A DNA stretch of 64,000 bases from Bdellovibrionales bacterium (GTDB lineage Bacteria > Bdellovibrionota > Bdellovibrionia > Bdellovibrionales > DASUEL01): assembly GCA_050250255.1 (NCBI GenBank), contig JBFWOZ010000006.1:20226-84225 (forward strand), in the 5' to 3' direction. This document shows positions 27,180-36,829 of this stretch, one piece after another. The number at the start of each line of letters is the position of its first letter. Position 1 is the stretch's first letter. Position numbers and translations under genes: made by a program. The notes below the pieces were generated by a model. It ran no database searches. It was given only the letters and a program-made list of their open reading frames with translations, and was not told the origin of the DNA.

Positions 27180-28421
27180 TTATCGCTTAGGTATTTTCTT
27201 AGCGATCATAAACATCATGACGAGCGTTAATATAGCAGCACCACAGACGACGTTTCCAAGGATATCAAAACGCTCGATCTTTCCCGAAGTTTGCTGAATG
27301 ACAATAAACCCCGCAAGTGCTGAGGCCACACCACCCGAGATTTGCTGCAAAGAAGAGCTCACTGACATGAAGGCGCCCCTACTTCTCGGCTCCGGTACGG
27401 AAGACATCAGAGCTTGTGAGGGAATCATTCTTGAGAAGATCCCAATAAACAAAACCGCGTTCACGATAATGACCGCATAAAGAGGTGAAACATCCATGCG
27501 AGTGTAAATACTCACCATGAGAATCGACAGTAGGGTACCGAAAATAAAAATCGGCATTTTTCCAAATTGATCGCTCGCGCGTCCCACCAGAGGTCCTGTA
27601 ACCATCGCACAGAGGCCGGTCACCATATAAATCAGAGGAAGATCGCTGACTGCAATCCCCATATTGTTCACGGTGAAGGCGCTCGCAAATGGCATAATCA
27701 TAAATCCGCCCGTACTTAAAAGCGCGGTGGTTAAAAAAGCTTGAAGATAGAGCGGCGTTGAGATGGTTTCCGCTAAGTGATGCATCGCTTTGCGATCTGT
27801 CTGAAGCTTCAGATGTTCATCGATGGGTTTCAGGTAAATAAAAATAATAACGCCCGCGACAAGTCCTAAAAGCACAATCATTACAAACGGCGCATGCCAT
27901 CCCCATACGTTTGAGAGATATAAACTAAAAGGAAGACCAAAAACTTGGCTTACGGCAAAAGCCGTTTGCACAAATCCCATCACACGCCCTCGCATTTCAA
28001 AGGGAAATAGATCGGTTACAATTGCAAAAACAACAGACCCAAGAACCCCACCAAAAACGCCCGTCACGAGGCGCGCGAAAAGTAAAAAATAATAGCTGGT
28101 CGCAAGCGCACAAAGAAGGGTGCCTACAAGAAAGCCTACATAAAAAAACATCAATAATTTTTTACGGTCATAGCGATCGGCAAATCCGCTCGCAAGAAAA
28201 CCGGCTATCCCAGCGCTGAAAGCATAAATCGAAACCACAAAGCCAAACTCCTGTGGAGTGATTTGAAAAGCCGGCATCAGAATAGCGCCAAGCGGAGACA
28301 AAATCATAAAATCGAGGATGATCGTGAATTGTAAAAACACGAGAATGCCCACAACTAATTTTTGATAAGATGAAAACTTTTGATTGCTTGCTGGTGCTGG
28401 CGAAACTTGAGGATTTTCCAT
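27180..28421 (-). CDS. MFS transporter
   Basis: About 12 hydrophobic segments. MFS-like loop: GFADRYDRKKLL. Confidence 0.9.
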   Translation of the reverse strand: MENPQVSPAPASNQKFSSYQKLVVGILVFLQFTIILDFMILSPLGAILMPAFQITPQEFGFVVSIYAFSAGIAGFLASGFADRYDRKKLLMFFYVGFLVGTLLCALATSYYFLLFARLVTGVFGGVLGSVVFAIVTDLFPFEMRGRVMGFVQTAFAVSQVFGLPFSLYLSNVWGWHAPFVMIVLLGLVAGVIIFIYLKPIDEHLKLQTDRKAMHHLAETISTPLYLQAFLTTALLSTGGFMIMPFASAFTVNNMGIAVSDLPLIYMVTGLCAMVTGPLVGRASDQFGKMPIFIFGTLLSILMVSIYTRMDVSPLYAVIIVNAVLFIGIFSRMIPSQALMSSVPEPRSRGAFMSVSSSLQQISGGVASALAGFIVIQQTSGKIERFDILGNVVCGAAILTLVMMFMIAKKIPKR

Positions 28422-28498
28422 TTTTTAAGTTTGAACTCCTGGGTGGTGGAGTCAAGCTCGAGCTGGACAAAAAGTTGACGAGCACCTATGAGATAAGG

Positions 28499-29125
28499 AT
28501 GGGTATGTTTGAAATCATTTTTATTATCATCGGTATTATCGCCGTCACTGTGGCCTATGTTTATGTGTCACACCAGACCAAATTAATAGAGCGGCGCACT
28601 CAAGAGTCTTTGAAACAAAAAGGATACGTCATTGAAAAAGTGAGGCGACCGAACGTGGGTCGATTCACTCGCGCATGGAGTCGGTTTTCGCAAGCCGTAC
28701 CGCTGTATTTACAAGTGTCCAACCAAGATGATGTGAGTATATTGGCGGGACGTTTAGGGATTGCAGACGCCAAGATAGGACATGAGGAATTCGATAAAGC
28801 TTTTGTTGTACGCACGAATCAAATCGAACTTGCAAAGCGCGTATTGACCCCTGAATTGAGAGAAATCCTACTTCAAAAGCCCAACATTCGCTTTCGAACG
28901 GGCTCTCTCGACTCATTGTTATCTGTCGATTACTTCCCGCTGATTAAAACAGATCGTGATCTAAGAAATCTATGGATGATTGATCAGCTAGGAGATTTTG
29001 ACGTAGCCGCTTCAGAAAAACTGTATCAACTTGGACTAACGATTTCTGAATCTGTGAAAACCGTTTGTCAGTCCTCGCCCGTATCTCATTTGGAAATACG
29101 GACGAGTGCCTTTGAAGGACGATAG
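28499..29125 (+). CDS. Membrane-anchored hypothetical protein (single N-terminal TM)
   Basis: I moved the start to ATG 28499 (or 28505), with AAGGA upstream, to avoid overlap with the MFS gene. N-terminus: MGMFEIIFIIIGIIAVTVAYVYV. Confidence 0.55.
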   Translation: MGMFEIIFIIIGIIAVTVAYVYVSHQTKLIERRTQESLKQKGYVIEKVRRPNVGRFTRAWSRFSQAVPLYLQVSNQDDVSILAGRLGIADAKIGHEEFDKAFVVRTNQIELAKRVLTPELREILLQKPNIRFRTGSLDSLLSVDYFPLIKTDRDLRNLWMIDQLGDFDVAASEKLYQLGLTISESVKTVCQSSPVSHLEIRTSAFEGR

Positions 29126-29133
29126 AAATCCGC

Positions 29134-29619
29134 TTAAAGTGTCGGGCAAGCGAAAGACAAAATGCTCGTGAGTCTTTTTGTGCCTGTACGATATTTCGTT
29201 TTAATACTTCCCGCCCAGACCGATGGTTCGGTGTAGAAAATATTAATAGGCTCGCCGTTTCTATAAGCGTCTGCCTCATAGATCGTCGTCTGTGGTCCGC
29301 TCATGTCGTAACCACTTTCAAAACGTGCGCGTGTATCGATCGCCGCAATTTGTTCTTGAAGAATTTCCACTTCACGCCCGCCAATAGTGATATTTGTTTT
29401 TTCTGTTACTGTGAAATTTGGTTTCCCATCCACGTAATCTGTCTTCTCTATGAAAACACCTTCGGCTGTGATCACGCAAGCCTTTGAGGTATCCCACACC
29501 CATTTCCCATTCATTTCAAAAACGGTGCTTTGACGAAATTCCACCAGTCTCACACCCGTTGCATTCGCCGCACCCATAAGGAATGTTGTCGCCAAAAGAA
29601 TATACAAAAAAAATTTCAT
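29134..29619 (-). CDS. Secreted hypothetical protein
   Basis: SD GGGAGGGA lies upstream of the ATG. Signal peptide: MKFFLYILLATTFLMGAANA. Confidence 0.65.
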   Translation of the reverse strand: MKFFLYILLATTFLMGAANATGVRLVEFRQSTVFEMNGKWVWDTSKACVITAEGVFIEKTDYVDGKPNFTVTEKTNITIGGREVEILQEQIAAIDTRARFESGYDMSGPQTTIYEADAYRNGEPINIFYTEPSVWAGSIKTKYRTGTKRLTSILSFACPTL

Positions 29620-29731
29620 GATTCCCTCCCAAGGAAGAACCGCCTTAAGAGCAAGAGCGATGCCGGAGAGAAAGGTGGTTTTGCTTAATAATTAATCAGT
29701 ACTTTGAACAAAAGGATACTGATCGTGCGAT

Positions 29732-29754
29732 GGCGCCCCGCGAGAATGGGCGCC
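29732..29754. terminator. GC-rich hairpin (GGCGCCC-N9-GGGCGCC) downstream of the helicase gene. It is terminator-like but lacks a good U-tract on the minus strand.
   Basis: The inverted repeat was read directly. On the plus strand only GTTTAG follows it. Confidence 0.3.
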
Positions 29755-29917
29755 GTTTAGCACCAACAATTAATTGATAGGATTCTCGGAGTGAAAAGCG
29801 CAAGTCCACTTGCCGTTTTCACGCACCCAAGTTGAGACATCGAGCATGGGATATAATGTAGATCAATTGCAAATCGCATGATTCAGGGAGTTTTTGGGGA
29901 AAAATGCCCTGAAGGAG

Positions 29918-31528
29918 TTAAGCAAAAAAATCGTCTTTAAGAAAATCTGGAGCTGGCGAAGAACTGCCCTTGCGGAAAGAGCTTCGTCTTTGGCGTTTAA
30001 CGCTGCCGCCACCGCCACCTGCACCACTACCCGAGCGCTCTGAACGTTGCTCAGGACGATCGCGACGAGCTGAACGATCACCACGGTCACGACGATCTGG
30101 ACCGCCACGGTAATCCCGGCGATCTGGTCCACCACTTCTTCCGCCGAATCTTCTTTCGCTTCGACGACTGTCTTCTCGAGGGGGGCGTTGAACGGCCTCT
30201 GTTGCGACCTGCAAAGGTTTTGCGGCAGCACGGCCATCAAAGAACTCTGGAGCGATCAAGTTGATAAAGCGGCCTACGATTTCTTCTGGAGACATTGTTG
30301 CGATAGCTTCTTTCCACTCTGGGCCCATCAATTCTATAACTCGACTGTAGTATTCTTGTTTTTGAAACTGCGGTAATAATTTTGAAACTCTTAATGCCGC
30401 CACATCTTTTCGTGACGGCAATTTTGCTTCTGTGATTCTCGTTTTTGTTAAACGCTCAAGCTTACCTACTAAATGCATATGACTTGGAGTCACGAGACTC
30501 AAAGCGATTCCTGATTTGCCCCCACGAGCAGTCCTACCGATACGGTGAACGTAGAGTTCTGATTCGCGCGGGAGTGAGTAATTGATCACGTGAGTGATGT
30601 CTTTCACATCAAGGCCACGAGATGCGACGTCTGTACAAATCAAGAGACGAACCTTGCGGTCACGAAACAACTGCATCGTTTTCTCTCGCGCTTTTTGATC
30701 TTTATCACCATGAAGACAATCAACCTTAATCCCTTTTTCGTTAAGATATTGGGTTAAATCGGTCACCATGGATTTTGTTTGGCAAAATACAAGTCCGTAA
30801 AAATCGTCAATCGATTCTAAGATACGACAGAGAATTTCAGGCTTATCGGATTCTTTCATTCGGTAAAAGATTTGCTCAACCGTTGTTGAAAGCATTTCTG
30901 TTCGATTCACCTGTACAATTTCTGGGTCTAATAAATAGGTATCCGCAACTCTTCGAACTTCGCGGCTCATTGTGGCTGAGAAAAGCCAGATGTTTCTTTC
31001 ATCACCAGAGGCACCCTTAAGGATGGCCTCAAGATCTTCTTTGAAGCCCATGGAAATCATCTCATCGGCTTCATCTAAGATCACGGTTTTAACGGCATCA
31101 AGCTTCATGGTTCCGCGCTCAAGATGGTCAATCAAACGGCCAGGAGTTCCCACCACAATTTGAGCGCCGCTTTTCAGAGCATGAATTTGGTTACCGTATT
31201 CAGAGCCGCCATAAATCGCATGAGCGCGAATGTTTTTATATTTTCCGAGTAAATTAATTTGACCAGTGACCTGAACCGCGAGTTCTCGTGTAGGACACAT
31301 GATGAGTCCTTGCAGTTGCTTTTTCTGACTATCAATTTGCTCCAGGAGCGGAATACCAAAAGCTGCGGTCTTACCGGTTCCGGTTGCGGCAAGACCGATG
31401 AAGTCCGTTGGTCCTTTGAGTAAAATAGGAAGAGCTTGTTGCTGAATCGGACTTGGAGTAGTGAATCCAAGTTCTTGAATAGCTTTTTGGACTTCGACAC
31501 TAAGATTTAATTCTTCAAATGATTTCAG
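29918..31528 (-). CDS. DEAD-box ATP-dependent RNA helicase with an Arg/Gly-rich C-terminal tail. The start is extended to a CTG codon.
   Basis: The track ORF (29918..31300) begins at an internal Met just before PTRELA. The same frame continues upstream with LKSFEELNLSVEVQKAIQELGFTTPSPIQQQALP (F + Q motif) and LAATGTGKT (motif I). An in-frame TGA at 31529..31531 directly precedes the CTG at 31526..31528. Later motifs: DEAD, SAT and HRIGRTARGG. Confidence 0.9.
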   Translation of the reverse strand: MKSFEELNLSVEVQKAIQELGFTTPSPIQQQALPILLKGPTDFIGLAATGTGKTAAFGIPLLEQIDSQKKQLQGLIMCPTRELAVQVTGQINLLGKYKNIRAHAIYGGSEYGNQIHALKSGAQIVVGTPGRLIDHLERGTMKLDAVKTVILDEADEMISMGFKEDLEAILKGASGDERNIWLFSATMSREVRRVADTYLLDPEIVQVNRTEMLSTTVEQIFYRMKESDKPEILCRILESIDDFYGLVFCQTKSMVTDLTQYLNEKGIKVDCLHGDKDQKAREKTMQLFRDRKVRLLICTDVASRGLDVKDITHVINYSLPRESELYVHRIGRTARGGKSGIALSLVTPSHMHLVGKLERLTKTRITEAKLPSRKDVAALRVSKLLPQFQKQEYYSRVIELMGPEWKEAIATMSPEEIVGRFINLIAPEFFDGRAAAKPLQVATEAVQRPPREDSRRSERRFGGRSGGPDRRDYRGGPDRRDRGDRSARRDRPEQRSERSGSGAGGGGGSVKRQRRSSFRKGSSSPAPDFLKDDFFA

Positions 31529-31672
31529 TCAGATACCTCTTGGTAAGGGGGAGGCGCAATATAACACAACAGGCATTAAAACTTGTGGGAAAGATCCGTG
31601 TTTGAAAGTTCTGCACTCTTGATTACGCGCTCAACACCACTCTTTTCTCGAAGACGAATAGGCTTATAGCTC

Positions 31673-32185
31673 TTGAGCATTGCGAACAGACATCAAGCCG
31701 TGTTACCTACTCTTATGGATTCCGCGACCTGCAAAACCTGCTTAAGGCCCAAGGCCACCCACACTTGTGTGCTCTGTAAAGAGTCCACCTGTAAAAGCTG
31801 CGCGCGCCACGTTTCTGCCGACAGCTTTCCGCTGATGGGTGAAGTTCCCTCTAATCTTGTTGAAGGCTGGGCTTGTGGTGGTTGTTATGAAGAAAAAGTA
31901 GAGCCTGAGATTCAAAATTATAATTCAGAAGAACGACGAGCCAGGCAGATGTCCTTTTTCAATAAAAATCAAAGTAAAGAATCTCGACTTTTTAAGCGGA
32001 TCGCGACACCGATTCAGGTGCGGGATTGTGCCGACCGCGACGAAGCTCTTCTGAAGCTCGCATATGCCGCCGTAAAATTAAATTACAATCTCATTGTCGA
32101 TGTGGAACTGACTTCGGAAAAGGTTCGAAACGCCGGTTATCAAACTTGCCTCTGGCACGCGAAGGGCATCCCTACCAATGCCTAA
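31673..32185 (+). CDS. Hypothetical Cys-rich (zinc-ribbon-like) protein
   Basis: CKTC...CVLC...CKSC...CGGC. TTG start at 31673, or ATG at 31715. It overlaps the next gene by 8 nt. Confidence 0.5.
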   Translation: MSIANRHQAVLPTLMDSATCKTCLRPKATHTCVLCKESTCKSCARHVSADSFPLMGEVPSNLVEGWACGGCYEEKVEPEIQNYNSEERRARQMSFFNKNQSKESRLFKRIATPIQVRDCADRDEALLKLAYAAVKLNYNLIVDVELTSEKVRNAGYQTCLWHAKGIPTNA

Positions 32186-32633
32186 GATTTTTATTGATGG
32201 CGATGGTTGTCCCGTCAAAGAAGAAACCTATAAAGTCGCCGCTCGCTACAAATTCAAAGTCATTGTTGCTGCCAACAAGTGGATGAACCTGCCGGTAGAT
32301 CCCAATATCGAAATGGTGGTTGTAGCGGGTGGCTTTGATGCCGCCGACGACTGGATCGTCGAAAATATTTTAGAAGACGACATCGTTATCACTGCTGATA
32401 TCTTACTCGCCGACCGTTGTATCAAAAAGAAAGCTCGAGCACTTGGGCCTAAAGGCGAAGAGTTCACGGAAGACAACATTGGTAGTGCCGTAGCCACTCG
32501 AGAGCTCATGCAAAATTTGAGATACATGGGCGAAGTTAAAGGTGGTCCCGCGCCAATGGATAAAAAAGCTCGTTCACAGTTTTTAGGAAAACTGGATCAG
32601 ATCATTCAGGCTGTGCGCCGGAAGAATATATAG
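32178..32633 (+). CDS. YaiI/YqxD-family protein (UPF0178/DUF188)
   Basis: [33 protein letters not shown] resembles the YaiI N-terminus (vDADaCP). Confidence 0.8.
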   Translation: MPKIFIDGDGCPVKEETYKVAARYKFKVIVAANKWMNLPVDPNIEMVVVAGGFDAADDWIVENILEDDIVITADILLADRCIKKKARALGPKGEEFTEDNIGSAVATRELMQNLRYMGEVKGGPAPMDKKARSQFLGKLDQIIQAVRRKNI

Positions 32634-32737
32634 AAAATCAAATAACATGGTCTTTCCTGCTGGCAGCCACTCTATTGGTTATCAATCTAATTAATTGCCT
32701 ATTGCAATAGTTGCTATTGGCAAGTATAATAAAAAAC

Positions 32738-33187
32738 ATGAAACCTTCAGATTTAGAATATCACATAGGTTATTGGCTCCGTTTTGTCTCGAATCATGTT
32801 TCGTTTTCGTTTCGGGATCGAATCGCGACCTATGATGTAACGGTCGCCGAATGGGTTGCTCTACGCTCGCTTCATAATCGAGCGCCCTGTACTTTAGGTG
32901 ATTTGTCTGAGCAGATCGGCATTGATTTAGGGGCTACTTCTCGCTTGGTGGAAAGACTCATAAAGAAGAAGCTCGCTTCACGAAAGGTTTCGCCGGAGGA
33001 TCGACGTTACGTGACGCTCGATCTCTCGCCTGCAGGAAAAAAACTTATTCCCAAACTTGCAAAAGAAGCTGATCACAATGATGCCCATTTTTTTAATTCT
33101 CTTAGCAAAGAAGACCAAAACCATCTTTTAAGAATTATGAAAAACCTAGTTAGAACCCACAAGCTCACAGAGAAACCCACACTTTAA
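32738..33187 (+). CDS. MarR-family transcriptional regulator
   Basis: VAEWVALRSLHNRAPCTLGDLSEQIGIDLGATSRLVERLIKKKLASRKVSPEDRRYVTLDLSPAGKKL. I chose the start at ATG 32738. Confidence 0.85.
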   Translation: MKPSDLEYHIGYWLRFVSNHVSFSFRDRIATYDVTVAEWVALRSLHNRAPCTLGDLSEQIGIDLGATSRLVERLIKKKLASRKVSPEDRRYVTLDLSPAGKKLIPKLAKEADHNDAHFFNSLSKEDQNHLLRIMKNLVRTHKLTEKPTL

Positions 33188-33196
33188 GGAGAAGTT

Positions 33197-33820
33197 ATGC
33201 GAGTTGATCTCTACACTTTCATTCACAAAGCTCAACGCTTTCACCTCTTTCGGCTTTCTGAACAAATTGGTGCTACAGATTTTAGTAATACGAGCGAGGC
33301 TGATCAAGTGGCCGAGCATGTTCTCGAACTCATGGAACATCTTAAGGATCACGCACAAAACGAAAAGACTTACATTCACCCACTGTTTGAGGCGATTGGC
33401 CCTATCGGTGCCCACCTTGACAAGGAACATGAGGGTTTAGAAAAAGAAATCGAGAAGGTCGAACAAGTCATTGCAGCAAAACATTGGGCTAATCTTTATT
33501 CTTCCTACTCAAGATTTCTTGGTATTTATCTTCTTCATCTTGACGAAGAAGAGGCGGCCCAGCGAGATGTTTTATGGAAGCACTATGAGGATAAGGACTT
33601 GGCTGTTGTCTTCCAACGTTTTAAGTCGGAACGACCTGCAGCTCTCGCGAAAGCCGATTTTGAATTCATGCTCCCTGCTTTAAGCATTCCAGAACTTATA
33701 CAGATGTTTAAAGGCATCAGGGCTTCTGCACCGGCCCCCGCCTTTGTGGGAGCCTGTGATGTCGCCTCCAAGATTTTAGAAATTAAAAAATGGCAGAAGA
33801 TTGTAAATGCGATTTCTTAA
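33197..33820 (+). CDS. Hemerythrin-like (HHE cation-binding) domain protein
   Basis: SD AAGGAGAAG lies upstream. Repeated H/E motifs: HKAQR, HLKDHAQNEKTYIHP, KEHEGLEKE and HLDEEE. Confidence 0.55.
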   Translation: MRVDLYTFIHKAQRFHLFRLSEQIGATDFSNTSEADQVAEHVLELMEHLKDHAQNEKTYIHPLFEAIGPIGAHLDKEHEGLEKEIEKVEQVIAAKHWANLYSSYSRFLGIYLLHLDEEEAAQRDVLWKHYEDKDLAVVFQRFKSERPAALAKADFEFMLPALSIPELIQMFKGIRASAPAPAFVGACDVASKILEIKKWQKIVNAIS

Positions 33821-33828
33821 CTAATGGG

Positions 33829-34803
33829 TCACTTTCCACAGCCCCAAAGCCGTGGAAAGAATCCAATGTGGAATAATTTATTTAGCGTCTTTTTTAATTT
33901 TTTACCAAGCTTTACCGTCACGCCAGCAAACCAGTCTTTGGCTCGAACAGATCCATCTTCGTTCGTTGCGAACGGTGATGTCTCTGGAACGTTTACGATG
34001 CCGTGATTCATGTAGTATTTGCGATCTTTTGATTCCACAAACAACTGCACTCTTTTCCCGATATCAAGGCTTAAGGCACGGCGAATAACCTGAAGGCCAT
34101 CACCTGTACCCATTAAAGTGCGGGTAGGCATAGAGTAGGGTTCAATTCTTAAACGAAGATTGTCGTTGAAAGCTCTGACTTCAACACCCGCCTCATAACC
34201 CATGGACAAATTAAAGATACCACCAACTACGTTTGAATCTTCAATTCCATCTGTTGTTTTTGAATATCCAAAATCCATCATGCTTCCAAGGAAACCGGCG
34301 TAGGCACGAGCACCCAAGAGGGAGCCTCCGAGCTCTGGACTGATAAATGTAAATCTCATCTTTGCAAGACCCACTTTATATCGCTGAGCCATGTTGACCG
34401 CAGTATCTCTTTGAATCGTCACCGGAGCGAGAGTCACTTCCATATAATATTTTGCAGGATTGTTTGATTCGCTGAGATTGATTGTATTTTGACCGCGAAT
34501 GGGGCTGATTTGAATATCCGTGTATTCCATTTTTCCATCACGAAATCCAACTTCTGTCTCCGCTAAAAAGTAGGAATACTTAAAAAGCTCATCCTGTTGA
34601 TCTTCAGGAGTACCTTTAGGATCCATAACGTTTGAGATAGGTTTTGCAAAGTTCACTTTAATCAAAACACTTTCCGTCTGGGTACCAGTGCCGAACAAAC
34701 CACTACCGACTTCTAAACGACGCTCTACCTGTTGCTGCCCGTGAGCTGTTGTTACAAAAGCACTAAGAATACAAATAGCGCTGAGTGATTTTAAAAATGA
34801 CAT
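33829..34803 (-). CDS. Secreted protein, possibly an outer-membrane protein; function unknown
   Basis: Signal peptide: MSFLKSLSAICILSAFVTTAHG. The composition is rich in beta-strand-like alternating segments. Confidence 0.6.
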   Translation of the reverse strand: MSFLKSLSAICILSAFVTTAHGQQQVERRLEVGSGLFGTGTQTESVLIKVNFAKPISNVMDPKGTPEDQQDELFKYSYFLAETEVGFRDGKMEYTDIQISPIRGQNTINLSESNNPAKYYMEVTLAPVTIQRDTAVNMAQRYKVGLAKMRFTFISPELGGSLLGARAYAGFLGSMMDFGYSKTTDGIEDSNVVGGIFNLSMGYEAGVEVRAFNDNLRLRIEPYSMPTRTLMGTGDGLQVIRRALSLDIGKRVQLFVESKDRKYYMNHGIVNVPETSPFATNEDGSVRAKDWFAGVTVKLGKKLKKTLNKLFHIGFFPRLWGCGK

Positions 34804-35023
34804 AACACTTCCTTTTGTTTTTTGGTCTAACTGACTGTTCTCAAGACCCTTTGCGAGAAGTGTTCCAGGACGGGCACTGTTAGATTGACGACAAGCACGT
34901 CGGCTGTGTCCTCGCTGTCGACATGGAGGTATTATTTATAATACAAATTATGATGGTTCGGCGAGTGTTCGCGACTAAATTCTTTGGCCGTCTAAGTAGT
35001 GAGACAGCCAGAATATGAGTCGA

Positions 35024-36565
35024 CTACTGCGCTCCGGGAACCTGATAGAACAAGTTCGCTCCCGGGCCGAGTGGCCAGCCCAGCATGATCCACACGAAGA
35101 GCATCACCGACCAGAAAAGTAGGAAGGCTAAAGAGTATGGAAGCATCAAAGCCATCACGGTTCCCACTCTCGCTTTGGGATCGTACTTGATCGCGAACGC
35201 CAAAATGAGAGGAAAATACGACATCAGTGGGGAAATAATATTCACAACGGAATCCGCAATACGATAAGCCGCTTGCGTGAGCTCAGGAGCCGCACCGAGA
35301 AGCATAAACATCGGTACAAAAATCGGAGCCATGAGTGCCCACTTAGCCGACGCACTCCCAATCACTAAATCGAGTAAACAAGTGAGAATGATAAACCCGA
35401 TCATGAGAGGAATAATGCCGAGTCCCGTCTCCCTCAAGGCTTCAGAACCTTTCACCGCCATGATCAACCCGATATTTGAAAAGTTAAAAAGAGCAATGAA
35501 CTGAGAAGCAAAAAACACGAGCACCAAATACGGAGCCATTGTCACCATCGCATCTTGCATGGCATTCGTTACGGCATTGGGTTCTCGAAACGTCTTCGCT
35601 CCATAACTATAGGCAAGACCCGTCAACGCACCAAAAAGAAAAATCACCGTCACAATGCCTTTAAGAAGCGGGGAGTGAAATACATCCGTACTTGGATCTC
35701 TTAAAAAGCCAGCTTCGGGAATAATGCCCAAGGCAATCAAAAGACCGAGTGCTAAAGCCGTAAGCCCCGCATACTGAAGTCCCCGTTTTTCTTGTGCAGA
35801 AAGGGGCTTAAGACTTTCACGAGGTGCATCACCTTTATATTCTCCCGCAAAAGGAATGGTGATTTTGTTCGCCACAAGCGTACCAATAGCAACGATCAAA
35901 AATGAAGACGTTGCCATAAAATACCAGTTCACCACGGGCGTTACCACATACTGATTGTCGATGATACGCGCGGCCTCTTGAGAAATTCCTGAAAGGAGTG
36001 GATCGGCCGTACTCAAAAGAAGGTTGGCCGCAAAACCACCCGACACACCGGCAAAACAAATCGCCAAGCCCGCTAGAGGATTCATCCCAACACTGTGAAA
36101 AGCCATTGCCGCAAGCGGAATCAAAAGCACGTAACCAATATCTCCCGCCGTATGAGAGAGAATCCCTGCAAGTAAAATTGCCGGAGTTAAAAGTTTTCTG
36201 GGGGCGCTGGTCACGAGGAGTCTTAAGAGAGCCGGAAGAAGACCGCTTTTTTCTGCAATACTAAAACCGAGCATGGCGACAAGCACCGTTCCAAGGGGCG
36301 CGAAGCTGGTGAAGTTTTTCACCATATCGGTAAGAAGCAAATGAAGTCCCGCGATGGAAAAAAGATTCGTCGCCCTAATGACTTCTTTTTTAACAGGGTG
36401 AAGGGCTTCAATTCCGAGACCACTTACGACCGCCGAAAGTAAAATCACAACTCCCGTTAAAATGAGAAACAAGATGGCAGGATGAGGAAGTGCGTTTCCT
36501 ACCTTTTCCACATAAAAAAGAAATTTTTGAAATTTGCTATCTGCTGTATTGGTTGTTTGTTCCAT
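35024..36565 (-). CDS. AbgT-family transporter (p-aminobenzoyl-glutamate transporter family)
   Basis: FQKFLFYVEKVGNALPHPAILFLILTGVVILLSAV is the typical AbgT N-terminus. The protein is polytopic. The start is at ATG 36565. Confidence 0.85.
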   Translation of the reverse strand: MEQTTNTADSKFQKFLFYVEKVGNALPHPAILFLILTGVVILLSAVVSGLGIEALHPVKKEVIRATNLFSIAGLHLLLTDMVKNFTSFAPLGTVLVAMLGFSIAEKSGLLPALLRLLVTSAPRKLLTPAILLAGILSHTAGDIGYVLLIPLAAMAFHSVGMNPLAGLAICFAGVSGGFAANLLLSTADPLLSGISQEAARIIDNQYVVTPVVNWYFMATSSFLIVAIGTLVANKITIPFAGEYKGDAPRESLKPLSAQEKRGLQYAGLTALALGLLIALGIIPEAGFLRDPSTDVFHSPLLKGIVTVIFLFGALTGLAYSYGAKTFREPNAVTNAMQDAMVTMAPYLVLVFFASQFIALFNFSNIGLIMAVKGSEALRETGLGIIPLMIGFIILTCLLDLVIGSASAKWALMAPIFVPMFMLLGAAPELTQAAYRIADSVVNIISPLMSYFPLILAFAIKYDPKARVGTVMALMLPYSLAFLLFWSVMLFVWIMLGWPLGPGANLFYQVPGAQ

Positions 36566-36829
36566 CAAGATCCTCCACCACATTTATATGTAGTCGAAAT
36601 TTTAATAACCGCTAGTAAAATTCCATCTGGTGCTAAAGTGACTTATTTTATAGCAGACCCAGACGCAAAAAAGACCTGTTACCTCTTGCAATGGTCACGC
36701 ATTGACAATAAAGTCGCACTGAATTTGAAGAATTGGACAGCGAATGAATCAACTTTGGATTGAGCCCGTAGGAAATATCATTATTGCGCGAGTGCGCGGC
36801 GTACCGACTGAAGTGCCCGCCGCCTTACG

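Noticed and set aside
29863-30240. 125-aa minus-strand ORF in an alternative frame across the helicase 3' end.
   Set aside because: It is a by-product of the GC-rich, repetitive Arg/Gly codons of the helicase tail. The helicase frame is continuous with conserved motifs.
31174-31500. 108-aa minus-strand ORF covering the region upstream of the track's helicase ORF. It might be taken as a separate gene.
   Set aside because: It is in the wrong frame. The helicase frame itself carries the Q motif and Walker A through this region up to the CTG at 31528.
34804-35023. 220-nt leader upstream of the secreted protein gene (33829..34803), with GC-rich patches and short inverted repeats. I considered a riboswitch (c-di-GMP, cobalamin, glycine, fluoride).
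   Set aside because: I could not match any riboswitch consensus core by eye, and the inverted repeats are short and imperfect. An Rfam/Infernal scan would be needed.
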